Shown one piece after another: positions 19,805 to 28,831 of a stretch of DNA of 51,665 nucleotides. The notes under the pieces are model-generated. The model was given only the letters and a program-made list of their open reading frames with translations. It was not told the origin of the DNA and searched no databases. Numbering within the stretch: position 1 is the first letter of the stretch; each line of letters begins with the position of its first letter. The position numbers and the translations under genes were made by a program. Source of the DNA: a virus (Duplodnaviria > Caudoviricetes); IMG/VR virus record IMGVR_UViG_3300028610_002655, positions 1-51,665 of that record, one strand, 5' to 3'.

Positions 19805-19944
19805 CTCTGTGATATGAAATATTTTAGATCTGTTCTGGCAAGATTTGCAGCAGTCATATCTCCTGATAATTCCAACTCTTTAATTACTTGCTTTGTTGTC
19901 TCTATCTCGTTTTCAAGTTGTATTTTATTCATGTATGGTGTCAT
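19801..19944 (-). CDS. 47-aa helical microprotein
   Basis: Manual translation MTPYMNKIQLENEIETTKQ... Confidence 0.5.
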   Translation of the reverse strand: MTPYMNKIQLENEIETTKQVIKELELSGDMTAANLARTDLKYFISQR

Positions 19945-19988
19945 TCTAATTTAACTAATAAAGAGATGTGTGTATTTTTTAAACACAC

Positions 19989-20087
19989 CTAACTTACATG
20001 AATGTCTTTTTTGTGTCTTTTTAGATCTTTGCGTGAGGTTGCTGTATAATCACAGTTTGTATAATTACACGATACTAAACCCCTCAT
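19989..20087 (-). CDS. 32-aa C2H2 zinc-finger microprotein
   Basis: MRGLVSCNYTNCDYTATSRKDLKRHKKDIHVS has C-x4-C-x12-H-x4-H; promoter motif 30 nt upstream. Confidence 0.7.
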   Translation of the reverse strand: MRGLVSCNYTNCDYTATSRKDLKRHKKDIHVS

Positions 20088-20112
20088 AAAACTGTGATTA
20101 TATTAGATGAAT

Positions 20113-21108
20113 TTAAGAATTTGCATATTGTATTAATTCGTCTGGAAGATTGTTTCTAGTATCACAGTTTTGGCATTTGTTTTTGTGTTTTACCATCCAT
20201 GCCAAACGTTCTTTATATAATGGAATCTGACAATGCTCACACTTTGATATGTGGCCTGGGGGTAATACTTTATCACAGTCATAACATTCCAGATTATTTG
20301 ATTCTGCTTTATCGCGTACACGCCAGGAGCCACAAGTACACTGAACTCCACTGTAATCTAAAAATAATGCAGTATCTCTACTAATTGGTTTTAAAATATT
20401 TAGCTGACTTTGTCTGTTGCCCTTTTGAAATTTAGTTGCCTGCTTTAATGTCAAAAATTTATTCTGTTCAGTTAGATTGATTATGTTTTGCTCCATGAAG
20501 ACCTTGGCGCATTTGTTGGTGTTGCCCAAAACAGTAGCTAAACATTCAAGTAAAAATAATTCAGTGTTTCTTGGTACCTTTGTTTTGTTGTCTATTGCAT
20601 TTTTGCAATTATTAATCATAGTAGTTCTTTGTTTGTAAAATTCATTCATTATCTTTTCTCCAAACTTGTCTTCTAGGGGTTCAATGATCTTTGATTTATC
20701 AACTATGGTTCTGCATACATCAATAATATCATAACATAACTCTATCATATCTCTATTCGGAGTATTTATAGAACTATTTGGTTGATCCTGCGCAGGATCA
20801 AGTGTATTTCTTGCCATGGATGGATCAGTCCAGCCATTTCTTTTTGTAACTAACCAATATGTTCCGTTATGCCATTTATACTCTTCTCGTGTCATAAACT
20901 CTTTGAACTGTTTCTCATAAAGCTTATCCTCAATATCTTTTCTCATAAGAGTAGAGATCTGAATCTTTTCTATTCCCTGGATTTCCAGCTCATTTCCCAT
21001 GGCTACCCATAGAACCTCATTGTTAGGTATCTCTATGTTTAGTTCATTCTCAATTACGTTTTCTAATAGATTAGAGTAATCCTTTGAACGCTGTAATAGA
21101 TGGCTCAT
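20113..21108 (-). CDS. Hypothetical protein with a C-terminal double zinc ribbon (possible transcription regulator)
   Basis: CTC, CYDC, CEHC and CQNC pairs. Confidence 0.6.
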   Translation of the reverse strand: MSHLLQRSKDYSNLLENVIENELNIEIPNNEVLWVAMGNELEIQGIEKIQISTLMRKDIEDKLYEKQFKEFMTREEYKWHNGTYWLVTKRNGWTDPSMARNTLDPAQDQPNSSINTPNRDMIELCYDIIDVCRTIVDKSKIIEPLEDKFGEKIMNEFYKQRTTMINNCKNAIDNKTKVPRNTELFLLECLATVLGNTNKCAKVFMEQNIINLTEQNKFLTLKQATKFQKGNRQSQLNILKPISRDTALFLDYSGVQCTCGSWRVRDKAESNNLECYDCDKVLPPGHISKCEHCQIPLYKERLAWMVKHKNKCQNCDTRNNLPDELIQYANS

Positions 21109-21272
21109 TCATTATTACATGTGTAAAAATTAGTATAAATACGATATTAGACTATTCCGGGACCAGTAATTGATAAGAACTCCACTTTTAATAATTAACA
21201 CGCATAAAAAATTATCAAAACTGGATATTTTCTCCACTCTTGTATTAATGAAATAAAGATACAGTAGTTTTT

Positions 21273-21443
21273 TTAGAATCGTTTCACTTTGGTTATCATG
21301 GCACTGTATAGATAGCCTTTGGGACCAAGAGTGACTGCATATGCTACTCTAGTAGTATTCATTTGTACCATAGTATCAGCTACTCTTTTAGCAAATTTTT
21401 TTTCATCTGTATGCTCTTCGATGATTTTGATATTTACTTTCAT
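21273..21443 (-). CDS. Small hypothetical protein (likely start MKVNIKII)
   Basis: The upstream part of the track ORF overlaps a better zinc-ribbon ORF. Confidence 0.5.
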   Translation of the reverse strand: MKVNIKIIEEHTDEKKFAKRVADTMVQMNTTRVAYAVTLGPKGYLYSAMITKVKRF

Positions 21444-21468
21444 ATTATTAATTATGTATAGAAGTATT

Positions 21469-21591
21469 TTATGTATTTGCTCGCTTCCCACACTCTTGGC
21501 ATTGTGGCCTTTCATGAATCTTTTTAGCATTAGGATCTCTTGAGGATGCGTATTCATTACCACAAGAGCAGTTATAGACTTTGAGTTTCAT
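21469..21591 (-). CDS. 40-aa zinc-ribbon microprotein
   Basis: MKLKVYNCSCG...CQECGKRANT; ATGA-coupled. Confidence 0.6.
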   Translation of the reverse strand: MKLKVYNCSCGNEYASSRDPNAKKIHERPQCQECGKRANT

Positions 21592-21731
21592 TTTTTTCTC
21601 TTCTTTACACATGTGTGTTGGATGATCTGCTGCTTGATAAAGACTAGTTTCTCAAGTGTGGTATAATCACGCTCAATTGCAGTTCTTTCAATTTCTCGAT
21701 TAATAATCACAACGGCTTCTGGAAGAGTCAT
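21588..21731 (-). CDS. 47-aa microprotein
   Basis: MTLPEAVVIINREIER...; coupled at both ends. Confidence 0.55.
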   Translation of the reverse strand: MTLPEAVVIINREIERTAIERDYTTLEKLVFIKQQIIQHTCVKKRKK

Positions 21732-21952
21732 TTACACCAGCTTCCATGAGGTTTACCATCACCCATTATCTCATAGCATAAGGGACAAATATCATATCCC
21801 ATTAGTATTTGATTGATAAACCACAACTCCTCATAGTATCCTTGGTCATCACTAGTCAAGATATAGTCAATGATATAATTTGGCATGTGTGTGTGCTCTC
21901 TCATAGTTGTCAATCCATGTCTAATTATATCCATGGTTTTATTACAACCCAC
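21728..21952 (-). CDS. Small Cys/His protein
   Basis: CPLC...H...C motif. Confidence 0.5.
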   Translation of the reverse strand: MGCNKTMDIIRHGLTTMREHTHMPNYIIDYILTSDDQGYYEELWFINQILMGYDICPLCYEIMGDGKPHGSWCK

Positions 21953-21962
21953 TAGGTTATAA

Positions 21963-22210
21963 GGTTTTTAAAAAACCAGAATCGACAGTTATCGACAATT
22001 ATACTCATGCCTGGAGTTGTTCTTAGGTGATTGTCGATGAAAAACACAAAATGTTATAGGATTTTTTTATTAAAATCAATGAAATTAAGAGTACCATCTT
22101 TATCAAATATTTTAGTTAGTTTTCCATTTTGTCTCGACAATCGACCGAGTTTTGCGATGCCTAGCCATATAAAAAGAGGATGATTGTCGATACTCTCGAT
22201 GATTGTCGAT
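21963..22210. repeat. Iteron-like GATTGTCGA(T) cluster, candidate replication origin
   Basis: Six exact or near copies in both orientations at 21981, 21991, 22029, 22134, 22182 and 22201, plus a palindrome at 21963-21977. Confidence 0.55.
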
Positions 22211-23658
22211 TTTAAATCAGATAAATTATGTATGGTAAGATCAGCGCCCAATGAATAAAAATTCTGCTTTTTGTTATCAGGATTTGGTTCACTCTCAAGC
22301 ATTCCCTCATCTACTAATGGCTCTAGATAATTTTCAACTATCTTTTTTGGAGTGGTTGGTTTGTCAAATTTCTCTGCATATTTATCTGCTAGCTGACGGG
22401 ATGTTAATTTGACCTGTAATTTAACATTGCCATAACTATCCAAATTCTCCATTAACAACTCCTTGACTACCTTTTGAAAGAAATTTACCTTATCTGGTGC
22501 CAAGGTGCTAATTACACCTAAGAACTCTGTTGATTTATCAATATTCTCAAGTGATGTAATTACAGAAACATGTCTTATTCCTTGATTAGTGATGAACTCT
22601 ATTTTCATATTCTCCTTAGCATGTAGTATTGTCTCAATATTACAAAATGCGTTAATTCGCGCAAAATGTCTCATATCAATTCCTTGAGTATTTGGGAGTA
22701 ATTCTACTATTTTTTGTCTGTATGGATTATAAATTGGGTTATTGTCATCTTGGCATAGTGTAATTATATATTCTTTAAGTTTGGCTACAAAAAATTTTGA
22801 ATATTCTCTATCCTTGGAATTTGTGTGTATATGAGCAGCCCAAGTAGGCACACCCATAATATCAGCAGTTAATTTGTTTGCAGCCTTGTATTTTTTAACA
22901 TCAGTGTTAGGTGATGTAATAAAGAACCTGCTTTGAATCTCTGGCCACACTTCATTTTTTGCTTCATTTTTTGCAGAACATACAATTGCTGCAGGCCAAC
23001 CTCTCAGAATAGTTTCTTTGACTCGCAGAGAGCCATCACCAGTTGTGGTTTTGTATAGTAATTCATGCTTGTCATGAGAGAGTAGTGGCTTTAGCATTTC
23101 ATATGTTGCAGGATTTGGATTATCAAGAAATAATAAAATTTTATGAGTTAGATCAACCATATTTTTGGCATTTGCCTTGAGCTCTTGGTATTCTGCCTCT
23201 AACTCTCGGCTCAGTTCTTTATCTTTACCTTTTCTTGCTTTCATTATATCAAAAAATAACTTTTCTGATCGCTCACCAATTTCATCTCCATTCTCATCAA
23301 TTAATACACCATTTTGATGAATTAATGCAGTAGGAGATAATCTTGCCACAGTAATCATATCTTTAGTTGGAAATAGATTAGTGACTTGAACTGTAGCATA
23401 TGTCTTACCTTCAGAAGTTGGAGCAAGCACACCAAGATTAATTGGATTATTAGTATATGCTGAAAAACATACTCGTAGTATTTGCCTTACTAGAATCGGG
23501 TCATTTTTTATTCTAGTATCTAAAAATTTTTCAATCTGCTCAATTGGTCTACCATCCTCTTTAATTTTCTGTATAGTTTTTTCATGTGCATTTGCAGATA
23601 CTTTTGAAACTAAATCCATTGCATCATCAACAAAGTTTGAAGTAGAATTAATCTTCAA
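22054..23658 (-). CDS. AAA+ (MCM-related) replication helicase/initiator with C-terminal winged helix
   Basis: Walker A APTSEGKT; Walker B-like ILLFLDN; arginine finger QSRF; wHTH-like LTSRQLA...LVDEGML. Confidence 0.75.
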   Translation of the reverse strand: MKINSTSNFVDDAMDLVSKVSANAHEKTIQKIKEDGRPIEQIEKFLDTRIKNDPILVRQILRVCFSAYTNNPINLGVLAPTSEGKTYATVQVTNLFPTKDMITVARLSPTALIHQNGVLIDENGDEIGERSEKLFFDIMKARKGKDKELSRELEAEYQELKANAKNMVDLTHKILLFLDNPNPATYEMLKPLLSHDKHELLYKTTTGDGSLRVKETILRGWPAAIVCSAKNEAKNEVWPEIQSRFFITSPNTDVKKYKAANKLTADIMGVPTWAAHIHTNSKDREYSKFFVAKLKEYIITLCQDDNNPIYNPYRQKIVELLPNTQGIDMRHFARINAFCNIETILHAKENMKIEFITNQGIRHVSVITSLENIDKSTEFLGVISTLAPDKVNFFQKVVKELLMENLDSYGNVKLQVKLTSRQLADKYAEKFDKPTTPKKIVENYLEPLVDEGMLESEPNPDNKKQNFYSLGADLTIHNLSDLKSTIIESIDNHPLFIWLGIAKLGRLSRQNGKLTKIFDKDGTLNFIDFNKKIL

Positions 23659-23867
23659 AGCCTATTCATCTCAGATTCTCGAAGTTTTTTTTTGTATATC
23701 AGATTACGAGGCTTTGAACGTAATTTGTATCCGCAACACGGACACCAGATGCCATCCCATACTATAAACAAATCACAGACCTGACAACGCTTCTGGCCAT
23801 TTTTATATCTACCATTAATAAAAGCTCCAATAGCTTTATGTCTTGTACAAATGCCCTTGCATCCCAT
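23655..23867 (-). CDS. Thaumarchaeal-type Cys-rich zinc protein
   Basis: CKGIC...GQKRCQVC...WDGIWCPCCGYKLR, a family recalled from Nitrososphaeria genomes. Confidence 0.7.
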   Translation of the reverse strand: MGCKGICTRHKAIGAFINGRYKNGQKRCQVCDLFIVWDGIWCPCCGYKLRSKPRNLIYKKKLRESEMNRL

Positions 23868-23868
23868 G

Positions 23869-24246
23869 TTATTTTTTCTCCGTTAGAGTTTTTTCAAGAC
23901 TTTCGGGGGTGATTTCATATACTTCACTCAAAATAAATGAAATTATTTTAGATAATGGAAATAGAATATCTATAACATCTAATTCAGGATAAAGGCCTAA
24001 AAGCGCAAATGCTGACAAAGCTCCTAATTCTTGTGGAAAATTAGGTAATGAAGAAGTATATTTTAGCATAGAATTGACTTTAGCTACACGTATAAATTTA
24101 AGAAAAAATTTTTGTGAAAGTATTGGAGCTAGCCCTGATTCTGCCGTGTAAGATATAATCCCAAGAGAAAGTAACTGTTTAAATCCTTCCTCTATTTCTT
24201 CATCTGTTATTACTTCTCCATCTATTTTTATTTCTTCGTCTGTCAT
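23869..24246 (-). CDS. Hypothetical protein
   Basis: Coupled ORF in the early operon. Confidence 0.55.
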   Translation of the reverse strand: MTDEEIKIDGEVITDEEIEEGFKQLLSLGIISYTAESGLAPILSQKFFLKFIRVAKVNSMLKYTSSLPNFPQELGALSAFALLGLYPELDVIDILFPLSKIISFILSEVYEITPESLEKTLTEKK

Positions 24247-24782
24247 ATTTTCTCCTTTTTCTTTTTTGGTGTGGGGAGATGTTGTTCATCAAATCCTTGA
24301 TAGCATGGTGTGCCTTCTGGAACTCGCTTGAATATCCAAAACGATACAACATCACGATATGAATTAAAAGCCTGGACCACTTGCCAGCACTCTATTAATT
24401 CTAATCCTGTAACCCATGGAAACCATGGCGCATTGATAATTACATAGCCTCCCATCTCTACTAAATCCCTCATGGCATACGAGAAATATCTGCGAGTGTG
24501 ATATGGGATCTCCCAAGGGGGATCAGCCAAAATGTTTTTCTGTGAGCTTGAACCTAACTTGTCTGGCAAGTCCCGAATATCTGCGATTATATCGGGATTA
24601 TTCCCTCGCTCTATGTCAATTCGCAGTGCCCCGACTTGGGACTTGCCAGAAAAACAATGACATAGATCAGCATCTCTAATTTCTAGTCTATGCAAAGTGT
24701 CTCGGACAAAATCCTCTATTTTATCAGGCCAAACCCAGGCCTCAATAAACTTGAATTTTCCCTTGTCTACTTTATGTTTCAT
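24243..24782 (-). CDS. Small amino-type (probably N6-adenine) methyltransferase
   Basis: Motif I-like HCFSGKS; DIIADIRDLP; catalytic DPPW. Confidence 0.75.
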   Translation of the reverse strand: MKHKVDKGKFKFIEAWVWPDKIEDFVRDTLHRLEIRDADLCHCFSGKSQVGALRIDIERGNNPDIIADIRDLPDKLGSSSQKNILADPPWEIPYHTRRYFSYAMRDLVEMGGYVIINAPWFPWVTGLELIECWQVVQAFNSYRDVVSFWIFKRVPEGTPCYQGFDEQHLPTPKKKKEKI

Positions 24783-25099
24783 CTTCTACTTCTCCTTGCC
24801 ATATCCACTGCCCTCTCAAATCTCAAATCATCTTTTATTGCCTGCAAAATTGTGATTAGCTGATGACATGTCTTGCATAGTAATGCAAATCTGTCTGGGA
24901 ATTTTTTGATTATTGGAAGAATATACAAATTGTAAAGATACCAGGAATTAAAATCAGAATGTTTCTTTTCATCTTTCCTGTATACTATATGATGAAAGTG
25001 AAAATTCTTTCCAAACTTTTTTAGACATACCATGCATGCACCACCAAGTAGGGATGCTACTTTTTTTCTTTCCTCTTTGATTATTTCTATTTGATTCAT
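24779..25099 (-). CDS. HNH-like endonuclease
   Basis: LGGACMVC...FHFHH...LLCKTCH. Confidence 0.7.
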   Translation of the reverse strand: MNQIEIIKEERKKVASLLGGACMVCLKKFGKNFHFHHIVYRKDEKKHSDFNSWYLYNLYILPIIKKFPDRFALLCKTCHQLITILQAIKDDLRFERAVDMARRSRR

Positions 25100-25165
25100 T
25101 TTCTTTTCCTTTACTGCCCAGTTTACATCTTGAGCAAAGATGTTTTTTTAAAAAAAAATAGGATG

Positions 25166-25534
25166 CTATGCATCCACTAGAACCCAATAATCCTTTCCAC
25201 CACCCTTGGCCTGTATCATTACACATTTGACTGGACCTACTGGCTTTCCATTTTTTAGATCTTCTCTTAATTGTGGATTCTTCAAAGTATCCATAACAGC
25301 TTTTCTGCTTGTGTAGAATTGATCATACTCTGTTCCTTCTACTTTGATTGATTTTTTAGTTGTAATGCGTATAGATGGTTCGCCTTCATAGCTTGAATCT
25401 TGTACAGATGTAATTGTAAAAGATTCAGCTCCAATTTTGGCCAAGCCTATTGCATCTCCACTTGTTTGGTAATCGCTTATCTTACTCATTATATCACCTC
25501 CTCTAATTGTATTAGTATCATCGTTGCCACCCAC
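25166..25534 (-). CDS. Putative OB-fold ssDNA-binding protein
   Basis: FTITSV...FYTSRKAV...GKDYWVL pattern seen in phage SSB-like proteins. Confidence 0.5.
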   Translation of the reverse strand: MGGNDDTNTIRGGDIMSKISDYQTSGDAIGLAKIGAESFTITSVQDSSYEGEPSIRITTKKSIKVEGTEYDQFYTSRKAVMDTLKNPQLREDLKNGKPVGPVKCVMIQAKGGGKDYWVLVDA

Positions 25535-25745
25535 CAGCTGAAAATTTTACAGTTAAGGTTTCCTCAAATCTTTGCACAGAAAAAATATACAAACCTAATT
25601 GTCTCATCCATTCTATTTGTTCGGGATTTAGAACTACATACGAATTGGTTTTTGCAATATATTTTTCATCATCTGCATCATATGTAATATTCCACATATC
25701 TAAGACATCTACAATTTTAGATACTATCTCATTCTCTATTCCCAT
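25518..25745 (-). CDS. Hypothetical protein
   Basis: Coupled ORF. Confidence 0.5.
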   Translation of the reverse strand: MGIENEIVSKIVDVLDMWNITYDADDEKYIAKTNSYVVLNPEQIEWMRQLGLYIFSVQRFEETLTVKFSAGGWQR

Positions 25746-26022
25746 TTTTCATCCTCATCATATCGAGACGGTTTTTTTCCATTTCTTTCATTTTTTCATC
25801 ATATACTTTGCGTGACATTCCAATGACAACAATTCCAGTTAGTAAATTTTTCACACAACCAATATGATTATAATTTTCATTTTTGTGTATATCATATATC
25901 ACTCTAGCTTGTGCATCACTCATAGTATTCCAATATTTGTTACAAGTATGACAAGATGTAACATGAGAAAATTCCTTATCTCTCATTTTATCCTCACCAT
26001 TACAAATTCTGCATGACACCAT
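25729..26022 (-). CDS. Hypothetical Cys/His protein (start may be MRDKEF)
   Basis: CHTC...H...H motif. Confidence 0.5.
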   Translation of the reverse strand: MVSCRICNGEDKMRDKEFSHVTSCHTCNKYWNTMSDAQARVIYDIHKNENYNHIGCVKNLLTGIVVIGMSRKVYDEKMKEMEKNRLDMMRMKNGNRE

Positions 26023-26111
26023 GTGCAGACAAGTCTAGAATTTTTGTTAGTTTTCCTTGAGATTCGCTCACCACAATCAAGACACACCACAGGGATAAAG
26101 CTAGGAGTCAA
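25983..26111 (-). CDS. 42-aa zinc-ribbon microprotein
   Basis: TTG start; MTPSFIPVVCLDCGE...VCTWCHAEF. Confidence 0.55.
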   Translation of the reverse strand: MTPSFIPVVCLDCGERISRKTNKNSRLVCTWCHAEFVMVRIK

Positions 26112-26204
26112 CTACTCTCTCCAACTTTTTATTTTCTTCAATTTGCTCGTCAAGTGACTTTGCACCACACCCAGCAAGTATTCCAAACCAGTATTGTGAG
26201 ACCA

Positions 26205-26384
26205 TTATGAGAAAGCCTCCTGAGTGGTAAGCTGCTTTTTTGTTTTGTAATCAAAGATTGCCTTAACCCCTCTCTGATACTCAAATTTTTTAGAGTGATC
26301 TTGGCAGACAAAGATTAACTGCTCATTGTCATAACGGATTACAAGTTTGACTGGTTTGCCACAACAGCGTTTTGGTTCAGTCAT
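26205..26384 (-). CDS. Small Cys/His protein (start MTEPKRCC)
   Basis: CC...CQDH motif; ATG overlaps the end of the RHH-like ORF. Confidence 0.55.
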   Translation of the reverse strand: MTEPKRCCGKPVKLVIRYDNEQLIFVCQDHSKKFEYQRGVKAIFDYKTKKQLTTQEAFS

Positions 26385-26655
26385 TATCACTAATCCTCTT
26401 TTCTGCAATCAACATGAGCTCCTCAGTTGATTCAGCTTTGGATGCTGCAATGAGTAAATCGCTTTTGGTGCAAAGTAATTTTGTATTCTGTGCAATGTAC
26501 AGCAATCCAAATCTTGCAAGAACTGATTTGTCAATTGAATAACCTTTAGCTTTAAGATTAATGATAACTGGAGACGCGTCAATAATTCTCTCAACAGATT
26601 TGTTTGTAACATCTGTAACACGAATGAAAATTCCAGTTGTATTAGATTTCGATAA
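26377..26655 (-). CDS. RHH-like regulator, first gene of the early operon, with no canonical start
   Basis: Frame SKSNTTGIFIRVTDVTNKSVERII...DKSVLARFGLLYI has a strand-helix-helix pattern; its end overlaps the next start. Confidence 0.55.
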   Translation of the reverse strand, partial: LSKSNTTGIFIRVTDVTNKSVERIIDASPVIINLKAKGYSIDKSVLARFGLLYIAQNTKLLCTKSDLLIAASKAESTEELMLIAEKRISDND

Positions 26656-26782
26656 GACACTCTCCCCTCAAATTATATAACACAGAATAGTTTGCAAACA
26701 AGCTTTATTTAAAATGGATCAAAAGAATTATTACCGTATATCAGACGTATAGTAAATGTTAAATTATAATAAATTATTGGAT

Positions 26783-26860
26783 TTACATTGGTCCAGTGAA
26801 CGGAAATGTCTCCCTTTTCAATTATGTAACACAACGTTTTGAAACACTGGGCCAATGTAA
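26783..26860. ncRNA. Candidate structured small RNA (78 nt, 16-bp closing stem)
   Basis: TTACATTGGTCCAGTG pairs with CACTGGGCCAATGTAA (15/16); GC-richer than flanks; T-run after it on +. Confidence 0.45.
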
Positions 26861-26893
26861 CTTTTTACTTGGTTTTGATTCCATATATTGTTA

Positions 26894-26913
26894 TGATCAA
26901 TTCACTTTGATCA
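26894..26913. promoter_or_regulatory. TGATCA-N8-TGATCA operator, copy 1
   Basis: TGATCA ATTCACTT TGATCA. Confidence 0.6.
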
Positions 26914-27033
26914 ATTGGAATAGAGTATGGGGGTTTAATAAAATGATATATAATTTAAATTGATCATAATTTTAAGAATAGATAATTTGGATTGAAGATT
27001 TTTTTATTATCATATTGATCTGTGTAATTATTA

Positions 27034-28218
27034 ATGACATATAAAAACACAAAAACAATATTATTTGCATCTTTGATTGCTGCAATGATTCTATCATTTT
27101 CAGGAATGAACATGATAGAAGCTGCAGCAAATGAGAAGGCAAATGATAAAGTAGAAAAAAAATCAACACTAACAAAAGAACAAAAAGAAGATCTCAAGCG
27201 AGTAACTGAAATCATGACTAAGCGTCTTATTTTGGAAACTGAGAAAAGAGGACTCGAAAAAAGTGCATCTACTGATGACAAAATAGTAAAATTAGAAATC
27301 GAAAAACAAATAGATGATATTGATAAAGAGTTCAATAAACTCCAAAAGAAAAGTCAAGAAAGATACCATGTAACTCCAGAAAGACAAGCTGAATTATCTC
27401 AAATTAGAGAAAATACCGACTTTTCTGGAATTCCACTAGTAGGAATGGGAATTGATGGCATAAAAAAACAACTTTCTTTTGAAATCTTAGATAGTAAATG
27501 GAACAGAGCACTTGAAGACAAATATAGAAAACAATTACACGAATTGATTCCTAGTGAAAAATCTTTCACTATTAAATTCAGAGATACCCCAACAGACTTT
27601 TTATGTGGTAGTAGACAAAATTGTATTCAATTATTTGGTGGAACACAAATCGAAGCTCATACAAGCGGTAATTGTACCTTGGGTTACAAAGCTATTAGAT
27701 TAGGAGTAATAGGATTTGTAATGGCAGGTCATTGTGCAGATGGTGATGTAGGTGAAAGTGTATATCATCCAACTGGAAATCGTAGGGCTGTGGGTATTGT
27801 GATTGCAGAATTGAAACATTCTAACACATCTTGTGATTGTGCATTTGTGGGAACTTCTAGTAGTGATGTATCAAGCAAAATCTATTTTGGTCCATTTAGG
27901 TACTATCAACCACAATACTACACATCCACAACAAACCAAGCAGGCCAATATGTAGCAATGTCTGGTGTAGGAAGTGGAATTGAATACGGTGTAGTAAATG
28001 ATATTGACTTTACTGCAAATTATAACAGTGGTACAGTCAAACATTTAGTAAAATCTACATTAGATTCAACTTATGGAGATAGCGGTGCACCAGTTACACG
28101 TTCAACTGGCAAAAGTATTTTTGGCATAGTTAGTGGTGGTCAGGAATTCTGGGGCGAAACTTATCACGTTCCAGTTCAGAGAGTCATGACAGAATTAGGT
28201 GCTTATCCAGTATCATAG
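27034..28218 (+). CDS. Secreted S1 (alpha-lytic/streptogrisin-like) serine protease with pro-domain
   Basis: Signal peptide; CTLG, MAGHC, DCAFV and GDSGAP give a complete His-Asp-Ser triad. Confidence 0.9.
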   Translation: MTYKNTKTILFASLIAAMILSFSGMNMIEAAANEKANDKVEKKSTLTKEQKEDLKRVTEIMTKRLILETEKRGLEKSASTDDKIVKLEIEKQIDDIDKEFNKLQKKSQERYHVTPERQAELSQIRENTDFSGIPLVGMGIDGIKKQLSFEILDSKWNRALEDKYRKQLHELIPSEKSFTIKFRDTPTDFLCGSRQNCIQLFGGTQIEAHTSGNCTLGYKAIRLGVIGFVMAGHCADGDVGESVYHPTGNRRAVGIVIAELKHSNTSCDCAFVGTSSSDVSSKIYFGPFRYYQPQYYTSTTNQAGQYVAMSGVGSGIEYGVVNDIDFTANYNSGTVKHLVKSTLDSTYGDSGAPVTRSTGKSIFGIVSGGQEFWGETYHVPVQRVMTELGAYPVS

Positions 28219-28751
28219 GATTCACCCTTGTTCTTTTTTTCATATTTTTCCCAAATTCGTACAACTATCAAACCAATTACTATTATGAGTAATGGAGTTG
28301 TGTAAGTGTAATCAGTTGAATTTTCAACATATTCAATATGAGTAGTTGTCATATGAACCCAAGAAAGAATTCCAATAAATCCAATTACTGCAAACTTTAT
28401 TCCATCTCTAAAAATCCTCTTCAGAATTCCTTGTTTTTCAATGTCTTCTTTAGTTTTATTAATTGTAACAAAAATATCACTATTAATTTTAAAAAATCTA
28501 TGTTCTTGTCCTTTTCTTTTAATCTTCTTTTCTGTAATTGTTACCATGCCTAACTCTTCCATCTTTTTTAGATGATGAATTACCAGACTAACTCTCATGT
28601 CAAGTGTTGTGGCAATCTCATTTGTGTACATTGCCTGATTCATTAGATTAAAAATGATTTTTCTACTTGAATCATTACTTAGTAGCTCGCCTAGAGATTT
28701 GAGGTTATCATCAGATGCAAATACCTTGATTTTTGGTTCATCATCTAACAA
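28203..28751 (-). CDS. ArsR-family wHTH regulator with two C-terminal TM helices
   Basis: LSNDSSRKII...YTNEIA...SLVIHHLKKMEELG; two hydrophobic segments. Confidence 0.85.
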   Translation of the reverse strand: MLDDEPKIKVFASDDNLKSLGELLSNDSSRKIIFNLMNQAMYTNEIATTLDMRVSLVIHHLKKMEELGMVTITEKKIKRKGQEHRFFKINSDIFVTINKTKEDIEKQGILKRIFRDGIKFAVIGFIGILSWVHMTTTHIEYVENSTDYTYTTPLLIIVIGLIVVRIWEKYEKKNKGESYDTG

Positions 28752-28771
28752 TATTGTTCAATTCAGATAGA

Positions 28772-28789
28772 GCTATATCTATGTATAGC
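28772..28789. promoter_or_regulatory. GCTATA-N6-TATAGC palindrome in the divergent promoter
   Basis: Second copy at 30694-30711. Confidence 0.45.
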
Positions 28790-28831
28790 GACTGTTAAAT
28801 ATTTTAATTTATATTAAAAATATGAAGGAAA

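Noticed and set aside
26409-26660. 83-aa ORF from the track
   Set aside because: Leu/Gln-rich composition typical of a shadow frame; the overlapping RHH-like frame is more protein-like and is coupled to the next gene.
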